A DNA stretch of 64,000 nucleotides, from positions 128,001-192,000 of the forward strand of contig CAVYNY010000018.1 in the NCBI GenBank assembly GCA_963769935.1, in the 5' to 3' direction. This DNA is from an uncultured delta proteobacterium. GTDB lineage: Bacteria; Desulfobacterota; Desulfobacteria; Desulfobacterales; JAFDCJ01. Under the pieces are notes generated by a model. That model worked only from the letters and a program-made list of their open reading frames with translations. It made no database searches and was not told the origin of the DNA. The translations under genes and the position numbers were made by a program. Positions 10,201 through 17,925 of the stretch are shown here, piece by piece. Every line of letters starts with the position of its first letter. Position 1 is the stretch's first letter.

Positions 10201-10425
10201 GAGTCCGGCTACGAGGACATCCCTGTGGTTATGTTGACCAGCAGGACAAGTGCCAAGCATCGGCAAAAGGCCAAGAGTCTTGGAGCCAGAGGGTTTATCG
10301 TCAAACCATACAAAGATGACGAATTTGTCCGGTTGATCCAAAAATTGACCGGCCGGCCGACGGGAAAAGATAATTCGCAACCGCAAAACGGGTTCGATAA
10401 TTCCAGCGGCCGGAACCAGGCCTAA
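7300..10425 (+). CDS. cheA: Hybrid chemosensory kinase, ChpA-like (2 Hpt-HATPase-CheW-REC)
   Basis: HTIKGAA and HTLKGAA Hpt motifs; FDTLELDRYSEL (Tfp-class signature); HLLRNAVDHG; SGRGVGMDVV; C-terminal REC. Confidence 0.95.
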   Translation: MPKPPKAEMISGFIEEVKSYIPSLIDGLDALSKSPDKSEMLEETHRLVHTIKGAASMVGLSGLSNIAFQMEDYLDDVIAGKQVVSDLSLATMHKTTEKFQEYCRCYLNGGVASRTMFKETVTDFARTRGLSLEEEAKILSELTESVPEIEALATEGENAPETSIARDPARINRITSDSGDEQGSDTDFACGDRFAEYPIEVDEVVGKNVQPEPHRIELPPELMESFYEEAEEHLEDLARSLNIMESQAKEPISISDSLREEIRRIRRSVHTLKGAAAVMRFQEFADRAHALEDLLDWLYEEAREISPEIVSVLTESSDLLAELVAKPSMAHSSKAKSLQKEYQKIMGQGRGAVATDPASLEAEGELELENDLNEILQAEAYAEDAEAPIPSVDASQLDESADPHPRFNRTLRVDMARIDDLVNLAGELIIAVSAFDQKMEIFADSTHDLELSCDRLKNVARDLEVNYEVKALDQLKTVSDFSTDVRGASLPAGGFDDFDTLELDRYSELNLIIRMMNETAVDLGALNSQLTNLYREFDGHLLRQRVVLSELQEKMMLVRMTPMSIITSKLRRTVREVAGNLGKRVAFSITGENIELDRMIWEKLTDPLMHLLRNAVDHGIEPPAGRESLQKSPVATVKLDAFREGNQVVIRIADDGAGLNFQAIRATARRMQLADHLEDISEDDLSRFIFFPGFSTRGQISSISGRGVGMDVVKENIQDLKGVIRVASEKGKGTQFTIRIPLTLAVVRALLFTAGGQKFAIALNEISEIIRLNPEHVLGPHQDAVRLKDEVLPLFQMVDLLNGGKRKAEAVMAPEYPITLVIESGGRRAALVVDTLVGQREIVIKGLGSHLRYVKGISGVTIMGDGSVVPILNLEEFLWSQTSNIADTYPDAALDIKRPLKIMVVDDSISIRQVISRLVADQGWEAQTAKDGIDALEKLREGRPDLIVLDIEMPRMNGFEFLGAVKTESGYEDIPVVMLTSRTSAKHRQKAKSLGARGFIVKPYKDDEFVRLIQKLTGRPTGKDNSQPQNGFDNSSGRNQA

Positions 10426-10561
10426 CGCCAGCAATCATTATGCATACATACCGGCGTTCGGCCTATTTGACCTTATACGGTAGTTTAAAATTCAACCCGG
10501 CAAAAACGCATACTGAGTTCTTTACGACGCTGGGTATAACTTGATGTAAAAGGGTATCGAA

Positions 10562-11653
10562 ATGACGGAGATACTGCTTTTCCGGGTGGGTGCCATGCAG
10601 TTCGGCATCGATTTGCCGCTCATCAGCAACATCCATAGCGCCAAGTCTTCGATCGTCCTGCAGAAAGAAGGCGGTGCCCGGCTGTTGCGGACAGAATCGG
10701 GTGAGGAAATGCCGGTTTATGATCTTGCATATCTTTTGAAAGGAGATGGCTTTTCCAATGATTCCGAAGACAAAAAGATAATAATGCTCCAAGTGGATAA
10801 AAATCCGATTGGACTGATCGTCGACCGCGTTGACCAGGTTGTGGCTGTCGACAATGCCGGGTTTGAACCGCTTTCTCCCATTTTTAAGGGTCCTGCGCAG
10901 GCCTGTTTTCCCAGAGTCTTGAAACAAGGGGATTCGCTGGTATTACTCCTGGCCCCGGAGGGAATTGTGAAAACAGCCCAGGCGACAATTGACACGCTTG
11001 AGTCCGGGGACGCGCCGGCAGCAGAGAGCGGCTCAAATGAAATCGAGCAGAACCACCGACGCGCCGACGAACCGGCGGACCGTTCAGCCCACGCATTTAC
11101 GCCGCCGGACGACGGCCGCAGACCGGAAGCCTTTTATTGCGAAGCCGCTCACGGCGCGCCCGAATCGGACATCCCGCCGCCCCCCGCTGAAGCAGTCGAA
11201 CCGGACGAGGATGCCGAGCCATACGGGAAAGCCGCCGTTGAAGGGTATTTGAAAGTTGATGCCCCTTCAATACCCGGAAAAGAAGAACGGATCGAAGAAG
11301 AAGCGACAACTCCAATGAAACAGGCTGAATCCAGCGCTGCCTTTCCCCCGGAGCCGGCCGCTGAGCCGGCCGAGGCGCTCGTGGAAGATAACACCGGTTG
11401 TCCCCACGCGGAAATTTTTCACGAGCGATTCGCCGGCAACCGTCACATAGAAAGCGCTGTAGCTGCCGTGTTGCCGGAAGAACAACTGGCTTCAATAGTG
11501 GAGAGGATTACCCATAAAATCATTCTACAAGCCAAGCCGGCTGAATTGGTCCGCAAAATATTCGCGCAGGCTTTGGAAGGTCTTTTACAGCAAAGTGATG
11601 GCAAACAAGGAAATAATTCAGGGCGGACGGGTGCCCAACCGCCTCTGGAATGA
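10562..11653 (+). CDS. CheW-like domain protein with long acidic Pro/Ala-rich linker and helical C-terminus
   Basis: N-terminal LFRVGAMQFGIDL...IGLIVDRVDQV; about 170 aa of low-complexity E/P/A sequence follows. Confidence 0.75.
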   Translation: MTEILLFRVGAMQFGIDLPLISNIHSAKSSIVLQKEGGARLLRTESGEEMPVYDLAYLLKGDGFSNDSEDKKIIMLQVDKNPIGLIVDRVDQVVAVDNAGFEPLSPIFKGPAQACFPRVLKQGDSLVLLLAPEGIVKTAQATIDTLESGDAPAAESGSNEIEQNHRRADEPADRSAHAFTPPDDGRRPEAFYCEAAHGAPESDIPPPPAEAVEPDEDAEPYGKAAVEGYLKVDAPSIPGKEERIEEEATTPMKQAESSAAFPPEPAAEPAEALVEDNTGCPHAEIFHERFAGNRHIESAVAAVLPEEQLASIVERITHKIILQAKPAELVRKIFAQALEGLLQQSDGKQGNNSGRTGAQPPLE

Positions 11654-11674
11654 GTATTCACCTGAAAGGCCGAT

Positions 11675-12169
11675 GTGATGCAGAACAATGCAGACTTTAC
11701 AATGTCACCCGGAAGGGTGCTCATTTTCCCCGCGCAGGTTCCGAGGGTTTCGGACCGCGAGGTTAGCTTTTTATTCAGCCTGCGCCAAATGGAGGATATC
11801 CTGATGGATGCAGCGGTGCGCCCGGTCCCCTTCTCCCCGCCATACGTCGAGGGCATCGCCCAATGGCGCAACCGGGTGCTGCCGGTGGTTTCGCTGGAGA
11901 AGTGTTTGGGGATGGCATCACTGGCCGCGCGCCAGCATCAACGGCTGATGGTAGTCCGGGCGCCAAATAATGATTCCGCGCAGGCAGGTGCGAATCGAAT
12001 CATGCTGCGGGTGGTACCCCCAATCCGAATGCTGACACTTCCGATTGACTGCTCGCCTGCCTCCGACGCCTGGATTTCCCAACCAAATCTGACAAGAGGC
12101 GTCTATGAGTGGCAGAACGGATTTCTCGTGGTGGCCCACCTGGAACATATCATCCAGGGGGAAAATTGA
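11675..12169 (+). CDS. CheW-like protein
   Basis: VRPVPFSPPYVEGIAQWRNRVLPVVSL CheW motif. Confidence 0.8.
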   Translation: MMQNNADFTMSPGRVLIFPAQVPRVSDREVSFLFSLRQMEDILMDAAVRPVPFSPPYVEGIAQWRNRVLPVVSLEKCLGMASLAARQHQRLMVVRAPNNDSAQAGANRIMLRVVPPIRMLTLPIDCSPASDAWISQPNLTRGVYEWQNGFLVVAHLEHIIQGEN

Positions 12170-12187
12170 ACCGGTGATGGAAAGAAC

Positions 12188-13474
12188 ATGAATCAAAAGT
12201 CAACCTTGGAAAACGGTATAAGAGTGGTTACGGAATCCATGGCGGGGCATCGCTCCATTTCAATGGGCATCCTGATTGACGCCGGCCCCCGTGATGAAGC
12301 GCCGGACCAATGCGGGCTGGCCCATCTGGTTGAGCACGTAATGTTTTGCGGCACCAGCAGCCGCAATGCAAGTCAGATCGCCCGTTTCATGGACGAAGCC
12401 GGGGGCCATATGGGTGCTTTCACTGCCAGAGATTATACCTGCTACTCCGCCTCGGTGTTGGATGAATATTTCACCTACGCGCTCGACCTTCTGGGTGACA
12501 TTCTTCTGAACTCCATATTTCCTCCCGACAACCTCGCGCGGGAAAAAAGCGCCATTTTGCGGGAGATGGAATGCGCCGGCGATGTGCCTTCCCAGCAGGC
12601 GCACGATTTTTTAAAGGCATTTGCCTGGCCTGATCACTACCTGGGCCGTCCCATCGCCGGCCGGACGGAAACGATCAATTCCTTGACCAGGGAAGATGTG
12701 ATCTATTTTGTGTATGAACACTATTTACCGGACCGGTTGATCGTGGCGGCCGCAGGCAATGTCGATCACCACGATTTTGTAGCCCAGGTGCGCGACGCCT
12801 TCTGGCGCATGATCGGCAAAAGCCTGCCGGCAGCCGCCGCATTGCCGGCCCACCGGGCAGGCGTGATGCTGGTACACAGGCCGGTCTCGCTGGTCTACTT
12901 TTCCCTGGGTATCCGGGCCTGTGCATACGCCCATCCGGATCGTTATAAATTACATATGCTCAATAACATTCTAGGCGGAGGTATTAGTTCACGGCTGCAC
13001 CGCCGTCTAAGGGAAAAGCGGGGACTCGTTTATCACATCGGCTCTGAATATCATGCCTATCGCGATGACGGGATGCTGGTTATTGAAGGCAGCACGGTGC
13101 CGGAAAATGTCCAGCCGGTCATAAGCCTGGTTGTTGATGAAATTCGGAAACTGATATCTGCAGATGAGCCGGTGGCCGAAGAAGAACTCTGGAAAGCGAA
13201 AATGCAAATCCGCGGACAGCATCTCATCTCCGGTGAAAATACCAATACCCGTATGAGCCGGTTGGCGGTTCAGGAGCTCTATTTCGGAAGGCAGTTGCCG
13301 GAGGACGAAATCCTGGCTGAAATAGACGCCATTCAGGTCGAAAAGCTGCAATCACTGGCCGACGAGGTTTTAAGGGCTGCGCTCAATCGCGCGACGATCG
13401 CAGTTGTCGGACCGGAGGCGCCGGATCACTATCAGAAATCAGCCATTGAAGGACTGTTGGGTGATCCGCATTAA
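12188..13474 (+). CDS. M16 (pitrilysin/insulinase) family zinc peptidase
   Basis: TLENGIRVVTE start, GLAHLVEH inverzincin motif, AFT, distal Glu in ILREM, LGGGISSRL..REKRGLVY. Confidence 0.95.
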   Translation: MNQKSTLENGIRVVTESMAGHRSISMGILIDAGPRDEAPDQCGLAHLVEHVMFCGTSSRNASQIARFMDEAGGHMGAFTARDYTCYSASVLDEYFTYALDLLGDILLNSIFPPDNLAREKSAILREMECAGDVPSQQAHDFLKAFAWPDHYLGRPIAGRTETINSLTREDVIYFVYEHYLPDRLIVAAAGNVDHHDFVAQVRDAFWRMIGKSLPAAAALPAHRAGVMLVHRPVSLVYFSLGIRACAYAHPDRYKLHMLNNILGGGISSRLHRRLREKRGLVYHIGSEYHAYRDDGMLVIEGSTVPENVQPVISLVVDEIRKLISADEPVAEEELWKAKMQIRGQHLISGENTNTRMSRLAVQELYFGRQLPEDEILAEIDAIQVEKLQSLADEVLRAALNRATIAVVGPEAPDHYQKSAIEGLLGDPH

Positions 13475-13500
13475 AGCGATACAAGAAAGGAGGTGATTCA

Positions 13501-13656
13501 ATGGGCCTTAATCCTGTCGTTAAAAAGAACTGGATCGATATCCAGAAGCAGCACGATGTACCGGTCAATGCCATTGGGGTCAAAATTGGTGCCAAGGACG
13601 AAAAGACCATGAAAGTATGGAAAGAGGAGGGGATTGATCAATTTATAAAACGCTGA
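13501..13656 (+). CDS. Unannotated 51-aa protein MGLNPVVKKNWIDIQKQHDVPVNAIGVKIGAKDEKTMKVWKEEGIDQFIKR
   Basis: Read directly from the sequence; preceded by AGAAAGGAGGTGATTCA; starts 26 bp after the M16 stop, same strand; below the ORF-track cutoff. Confidence 0.85.
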   Translation: MGLNPVVKKNWIDIQKQHDVPVNAIGVKIGAKDEKTMKVWKEEGIDQFIKR

Positions 13657-13834
13657 CTTTTGCAATCAAACCTGGAGGGCCGGCGTGACGACGCGCATAC
13701 CCGGCCCTTCCGTCGCCCGGGGGCTGCGGCAAGCAGTTAATTGGTGGCAGCTGCTTTCCGGTCGGAAATATCTTCATCATTGGGACGGAAGACTTTTCCG
13801 AGCTGAAAGCAGCACTAACAGAAGGAGAGAAACA

Positions 13835-14203
13835 ATGACCGACGCAAAAATTCTGGTGGTTGAAGACAGCCCGACATATCTGCGCCAAATATCAAATTTA
13901 CTGCAAGACAACGGGTTCCAAACCATCACCGCTAAGGATGGAGAAGAAGCGCTGGAAAAAGCTGTCCGGGAAAACCCGAGTGTGATCGTCCTGGACATCA
14001 TCTTGCCCAAAAAAAACGGATTCCAGGTTTGTCGTCAGCTGAAAACTTCACCCGCCACCCAAGAAATTAAAATCCTGATGTTGACCAGCAAATCTCAGGA
14101 CAGCGATCGCTTCTGGGGTCTGAAACAGGGTGCAGACGATTATATGACCAAACCGTTTAAAGATGAAGAACTGCTGCATAACATTGCTAAACTTATTTCA
14201 TGA
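13835..14203 (+). CDS. pilH: Single-domain response regulator, PilH-like (copy 2)
   Basis: VVEDSPTY, DIILPKKNGF, QDSDRFWGLKQGADDYMTKPF; ATG at 13835 after GAAGGAG. Confidence 0.8.
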   Translation: MTDAKILVVEDSPTYLRQISNLLQDNGFQTITAKDGEEALEKAVRENPSVIVLDIILPKKNGFQVCRQLKTSPATQEIKILMLTSKSQDSDRFWGLKQGADDYMTKPFKDEELLHNIAKLIS

Positions 14204-14315
14204 GCTTTCGGAACCGAACATGATGGAATCATCGTGTTTTCCGGTCGACAACTCATCCGGTAGCCGGCAGGGATGCACGAACCAAAGAGGGGAAATCGAT
14301 ATAGGGAGGTAAAAA

Positions 14316-16706
14316 ATGATTATCAAGCGAAGGCAGGCCAAAAATCCAAAAACCGCCGAGAAGACCAAGCGTCTGAAAAGATTGTTTAATTTCAATTTGC
14401 CAAACCTGCGGGTGGGCACCAAGCTGCAGGGCGCTATTATCCTGACCGTGGCTTTGGTCCTGGGAATAATCAGCGTAATAATAATAGGATCGTACCAGAG
14501 TTCGATCATCCGCGATAGAAAAAATGTCATGCAATCAAGACTGGATACGATCGCCACGAAAACTGAGATGGAAAACGAACAGGTGGGGTCGATCGTGATG
14601 AACCTGGCGCTGTCCCAGACCAACAGCCATTTTGGTCAAAGAATCAAAGCACTGGAATATTCCAAGGCCCTCCTTCAGAGATTTCCCAATCTTATGAGCG
14701 CCTACATCAACTACGAGCCGAATGCCGATAGCCAGGATGCAAATTACGCCGATCGGGCCCTGTATACCTTGGACGGCAGGTTCTGCCCCTACTGGTACTG
14801 GCAGAACCCGCTGATCAAAGAAGTGCTTCTGCTGATGCCGGCCGAAGAATTGGATACCAGTGAACAGTATAAGGGCGCCAAGGATAAGTGGCAAAAACTG
14901 GTCGGAACCAATGCCGACCCAAAAGAATACCTCTATTTTACCGAACCGTTTGTTAACCAGGAAATTCCGATGATATCGGTCTCATATCCGATTGTTGTCA
15001 ACCGCAAATTCATGGGCGTCGTCGGTGCCGACCGCTCCCTGACGATGTTGACCGAATCGTTGAACTCCTTCAAGCCGTTCTTGAGTGCAGACGTTTTTCT
15101 CTTGAGCCGCAAAGGTGATTTTGTCGCGGCAACCGGAGAATACGTCAAAGCGGGATTGGTCGGGAAAAACCTGAAAGCTGTTCCGGAATTGAAGTCCATT
15201 ATGGAAAAGCACTTCGTTTCAAGAAGCAGGGGCATCATCGAAGTTGCGAAATCTCAAGGCAAGGAAGCCCGCTATGTTGTATTTTCGCCGGTCGGTGTCG
15301 GGGGCTGGATGCTCGCCATGACGGTGGACAAAAGTGAAATCGTGGCACCGGTAAACAGGGTCGTACTCTTAATCGGGGTCATTGCTGCCGTATCGTTTGC
15401 GGTTCTCGCCGGTGTTATCTGGGGTATTTCCCGATTTATCATTGTTCGGCCGATCCGCAGCATTATGAATCTTTTCAGCGAGATCGGGATGGGTAATTTT
15501 GAAGCCCGGGCCGCCGTTGTTACGCAGGATGAGATCGGAGAAATGGCCACCAGTCTCAATGCCATGCTCGACAACACCCTGGTCCTGATTCAAAGCCGGG
15601 AAGAGCGTGATGCCATTCAAGATTCAATCATGAAACTATTAGATGAAATTAGCGGACTGGCGGAAGGTGACCTGACCAGACGGGCGGTTGTGACGGCTGA
15701 AGTAACCGGCGCCATTGCCGACTCCTTTAATACCATGGCGGAACAGCTTAGCGGGGTCGTAAAAAATGTTAAAAAAGCTACTTTAGAAGTTACTTCTGTT
15801 TCACGGGACGCCAACGCCTCAAGCGCACAGCTGGCTAAAGCGAGCGAAGTTCAGGCCAAACAGGTAGCAAAAACGATCGAAGCCATTAACGATATGGCCG
15901 CCTCCATTCGGCAGGTGGCTGACAATGCCGTGCAGTCGGCGACCGTATCCGAACAATCTACCGCCAATGCGAGAGAAGGTTCCGTGGCTGTGCAAAATAC
16001 CAACAAAGCCATGGAGGAAATTCGTAAGAATGTCCAGGAGACGGCACGCTCCATTAAGCGCCTGGGGGAGAGCTCTAAAGAGATCGGAAATATTGTCCAG
16101 CTGATTAACGATATTGCCGATCGGACCTCGATTCTGGCACTAAACGCTTCCATTCAGGCTGCAATGGCGGGTGACGCCGGACGCGGATTCGCGGTAGTTG
16201 CCGAGGAGGTTCAGCGTCTGGCCGAGCGTTCAACCAACGCTACGAAGCAGATCGATACCCTGATAAAAAACATCCAGGGAGAAATCAATGAGGCCGGATC
16301 CAGCATGGAAGAAAGTATCCGGCGGGTTGTGGAAGGCTCCACTCTGGCAAGCAATGCCCATACTAAACTTCAAGAAATCGAATCGGTTTCCAATCAACTG
16401 GCTCAGATAACCCAATCCATTTCCCTGGCAGCAACCCAGCAGGCCAAGTTTTCGGAAAAAATCACGCTGACCATGCAGGAGATGGGCAAGGTCAGCTCCA
16501 AAAACCTTTCCGCAAGCCGGCAGACTACCCAGGCTATCAACCAGCTGACCAAAACTTCAGATGAACTGGCAGCATCGGTCGGCGCCTTCAGGTTGGAGGA
16601 AGAAATAAAATCCCGGAAACCAAAAGAGGCTAAACTGGAAAAAATTAAGCCTGTTACGCCGCATCACCGGGCGGCACCCCAAGGGCAGGCGGAAATTGCC
16701 GTTTAG
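14316..16706 (+). CDS. Methyl-accepting chemotaxis protein, PilJ-like signalling domain with dCache sensor and HAMPs
   Basis: Two TM segments, dCache-like FTEPFVNQ..MISVSYPI, IKRLGESSKEIG, ILALNASIQAAMAGDAGRGFAVVAEEVQRLAERS. Confidence 0.95.
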   Translation: MIIKRRQAKNPKTAEKTKRLKRLFNFNLPNLRVGTKLQGAIILTVALVLGIISVIIIGSYQSSIIRDRKNVMQSRLDTIATKTEMENEQVGSIVMNLALSQTNSHFGQRIKALEYSKALLQRFPNLMSAYINYEPNADSQDANYADRALYTLDGRFCPYWYWQNPLIKEVLLLMPAEELDTSEQYKGAKDKWQKLVGTNADPKEYLYFTEPFVNQEIPMISVSYPIVVNRKFMGVVGADRSLTMLTESLNSFKPFLSADVFLLSRKGDFVAATGEYVKAGLVGKNLKAVPELKSIMEKHFVSRSRGIIEVAKSQGKEARYVVFSPVGVGGWMLAMTVDKSEIVAPVNRVVLLIGVIAAVSFAVLAGVIWGISRFIIVRPIRSIMNLFSEIGMGNFEARAAVVTQDEIGEMATSLNAMLDNTLVLIQSREERDAIQDSIMKLLDEISGLAEGDLTRRAVVTAEVTGAIADSFNTMAEQLSGVVKNVKKATLEVTSVSRDANASSAQLAKASEVQAKQVAKTIEAINDMAASIRQVADNAVQSATVSEQSTANAREGSVAVQNTNKAMEEIRKNVQETARSIKRLGESSKEIGNIVQLINDIADRTSILALNASIQAAMAGDAGRGFAVVAEEVQRLAERSTNATKQIDTLIKNIQGEINEAGSSMEESIRRVVEGSTLASNAHTKLQEIESVSNQLAQITQSISLAATQQAKFSEKITLTMQEMGKVSSKNLSASRQTTQAINQLTKTSDELAASVGAFRLEEEIKSRKPKEAKLEKIKPVTPHHRAAPQGQAEIAV

Positions 16707-16757
16707 GAGCCGATCCAATAAACTAGAAAATCCAGTCTCAATCGAGGAGAATTTGAC

Positions 16758-17705
16758 ATGAAAAAATTCATTGCACTGACAATATGCCTATTTGTGGCCA
16801 TGACCTTCGCTTCAAATGCTATTTCAAAAAGCTACAGCGGCAAGAAGGTTCTTTATATCGACTCTTACCACCAGGGATATGCCTGGAGCGACGGAATTGT
16901 GAAGGGTATTCAAAACAAGCTTAAGGATACCGGTGTTCAGTTGAAAACGATTTACCTTGACACCAAAAGAAATACAGGTGAGGATTTTAAAAAGACGGCC
17001 GCCATAAAAGCGCAGGCCGTGATCAACAATTTCAATCCGGATGTCGTCATCGCAGCCGATGACAATGCCTCAAAATATCTGATTAAACCGTATTATAAAG
17101 ATGCCGATCTGCCGTTTGTTTTCTGTGGGGTCAACTGGGATGCCAAGGTCTATGGCTATCCTTATAAGAATGTGACCGGAATGGTTGAGGTTACCCCGAT
17201 TCCAATCCTGATTGAACAGCTGGAGCTTTATGCGAAAGGAAACCGGATCGGATTTATCGGTCCTGATATTCTGACGGCCAGAAAGGAAGCTGAAAATTAT
17301 CGCAAGGTCTTCGGACTTGACCCCATCGAGTATTTTGCCAAAGACTACGAGGACTGGAAAAAGGGCTTCCTGAAGCTTCAAAAAGATGCCGACATGTTAA
17401 TCGTTGATAGTGACGGCGGCCTTTATGATGATCATAAGGCCGATTATGAAGATTTTGTGCTAAAAAATTCCCGAATTCCTTCGGGCACTTGCTACGATTT
17501 CATGGCCCCCGTGTCACTCATCGGCGTCGTGAAAGTGGCCGAGGAGCAGGGGTTTTGGGCCGCTGACGCGGCACTGCAGATCCTGGATGGGACTTCTCCG
17601 GCCAAAATACCGATCACCACGAATAAACGCGCGAAACTTTTTATTAACAAGAAGATCGGAGACGCAATGGGAATCGATCTGGCTCTATTTCCACGCATCC
17701 GGTAA
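16758..17705 (+). CDS. Periplasmic ABC-type substrate-binding protein with no adjacent permease
   Basis: Signal peptide; IDSYHQGYAWSDGI, LPFVFCGVNWD, EEQGFWAA..ALQILDGTSP. Confidence 0.85.
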   Translation: MKKFIALTICLFVAMTFASNAISKSYSGKKVLYIDSYHQGYAWSDGIVKGIQNKLKDTGVQLKTIYLDTKRNTGEDFKKTAAIKAQAVINNFNPDVVIAADDNASKYLIKPYYKDADLPFVFCGVNWDAKVYGYPYKNVTGMVEVTPIPILIEQLELYAKGNRIGFIGPDILTARKEAENYRKVFGLDPIEYFAKDYEDWKKGFLKLQKDADMLIVDSDGGLYDDHKADYEDFVLKNSRIPSGTCYDFMAPVSLIGVVKVAEEQGFWAADAALQILDGTSPAKIPITTNKRAKLFINKKIGDAMGIDLALFPRIR

Positions 17706-17738
17706 ACAGTTCCGGAGAAATTCAAACAGCGCGGCAGA

Positions 17739-17811
17739 GTAAAGAATCCTGGCCCAGAGGGGTGGTGATTGCTGCCAGAGAACCAATGGAATACTGGAAA
17801 AATGGAATATT
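17739..17811 (+). repeat. Dispersed GTAAAGAATCCTGGCCC...ATGGAAT repeat, copy 1
   Basis: 17-bp identity plus a similar tail shared with 42848-42977. Confidence 0.7.
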
Positions 17812-17869
17812 GAAACTAGCGGATCAAAAGCGGATGGTAGTCTAATTTTATATAATGTTGGTACAAACC

Positions 17870-17906
17870 AGGGGCATCCACCTGAAGGTGCAATGCCCCT
17901 TTTTTT
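17870..17906. terminator. Intrinsic terminator between convergent chemosensory and dsr operons
   Basis: AGGGGCAT...ATGCCCCT stem followed by a T tract. Confidence 0.75.
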
Positions 17907-17925
17907 ATTGACTGGACAATTGTCG

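Noticed and set aside
12188..13656. RiPP biosynthetic cluster (M16 plus precursor)
   Set aside because: No modifying enzyme, RRE or exporter nearby, and the peptide lacks a Cys/Ser/Thr-rich core; kept only as a peptidase-peptide hypothesis
13685..13834. N-terminal extension of the second PilH
   Set aside because: The region is hairpin-rich spacer; GAAGGAG precedes ATG 13835
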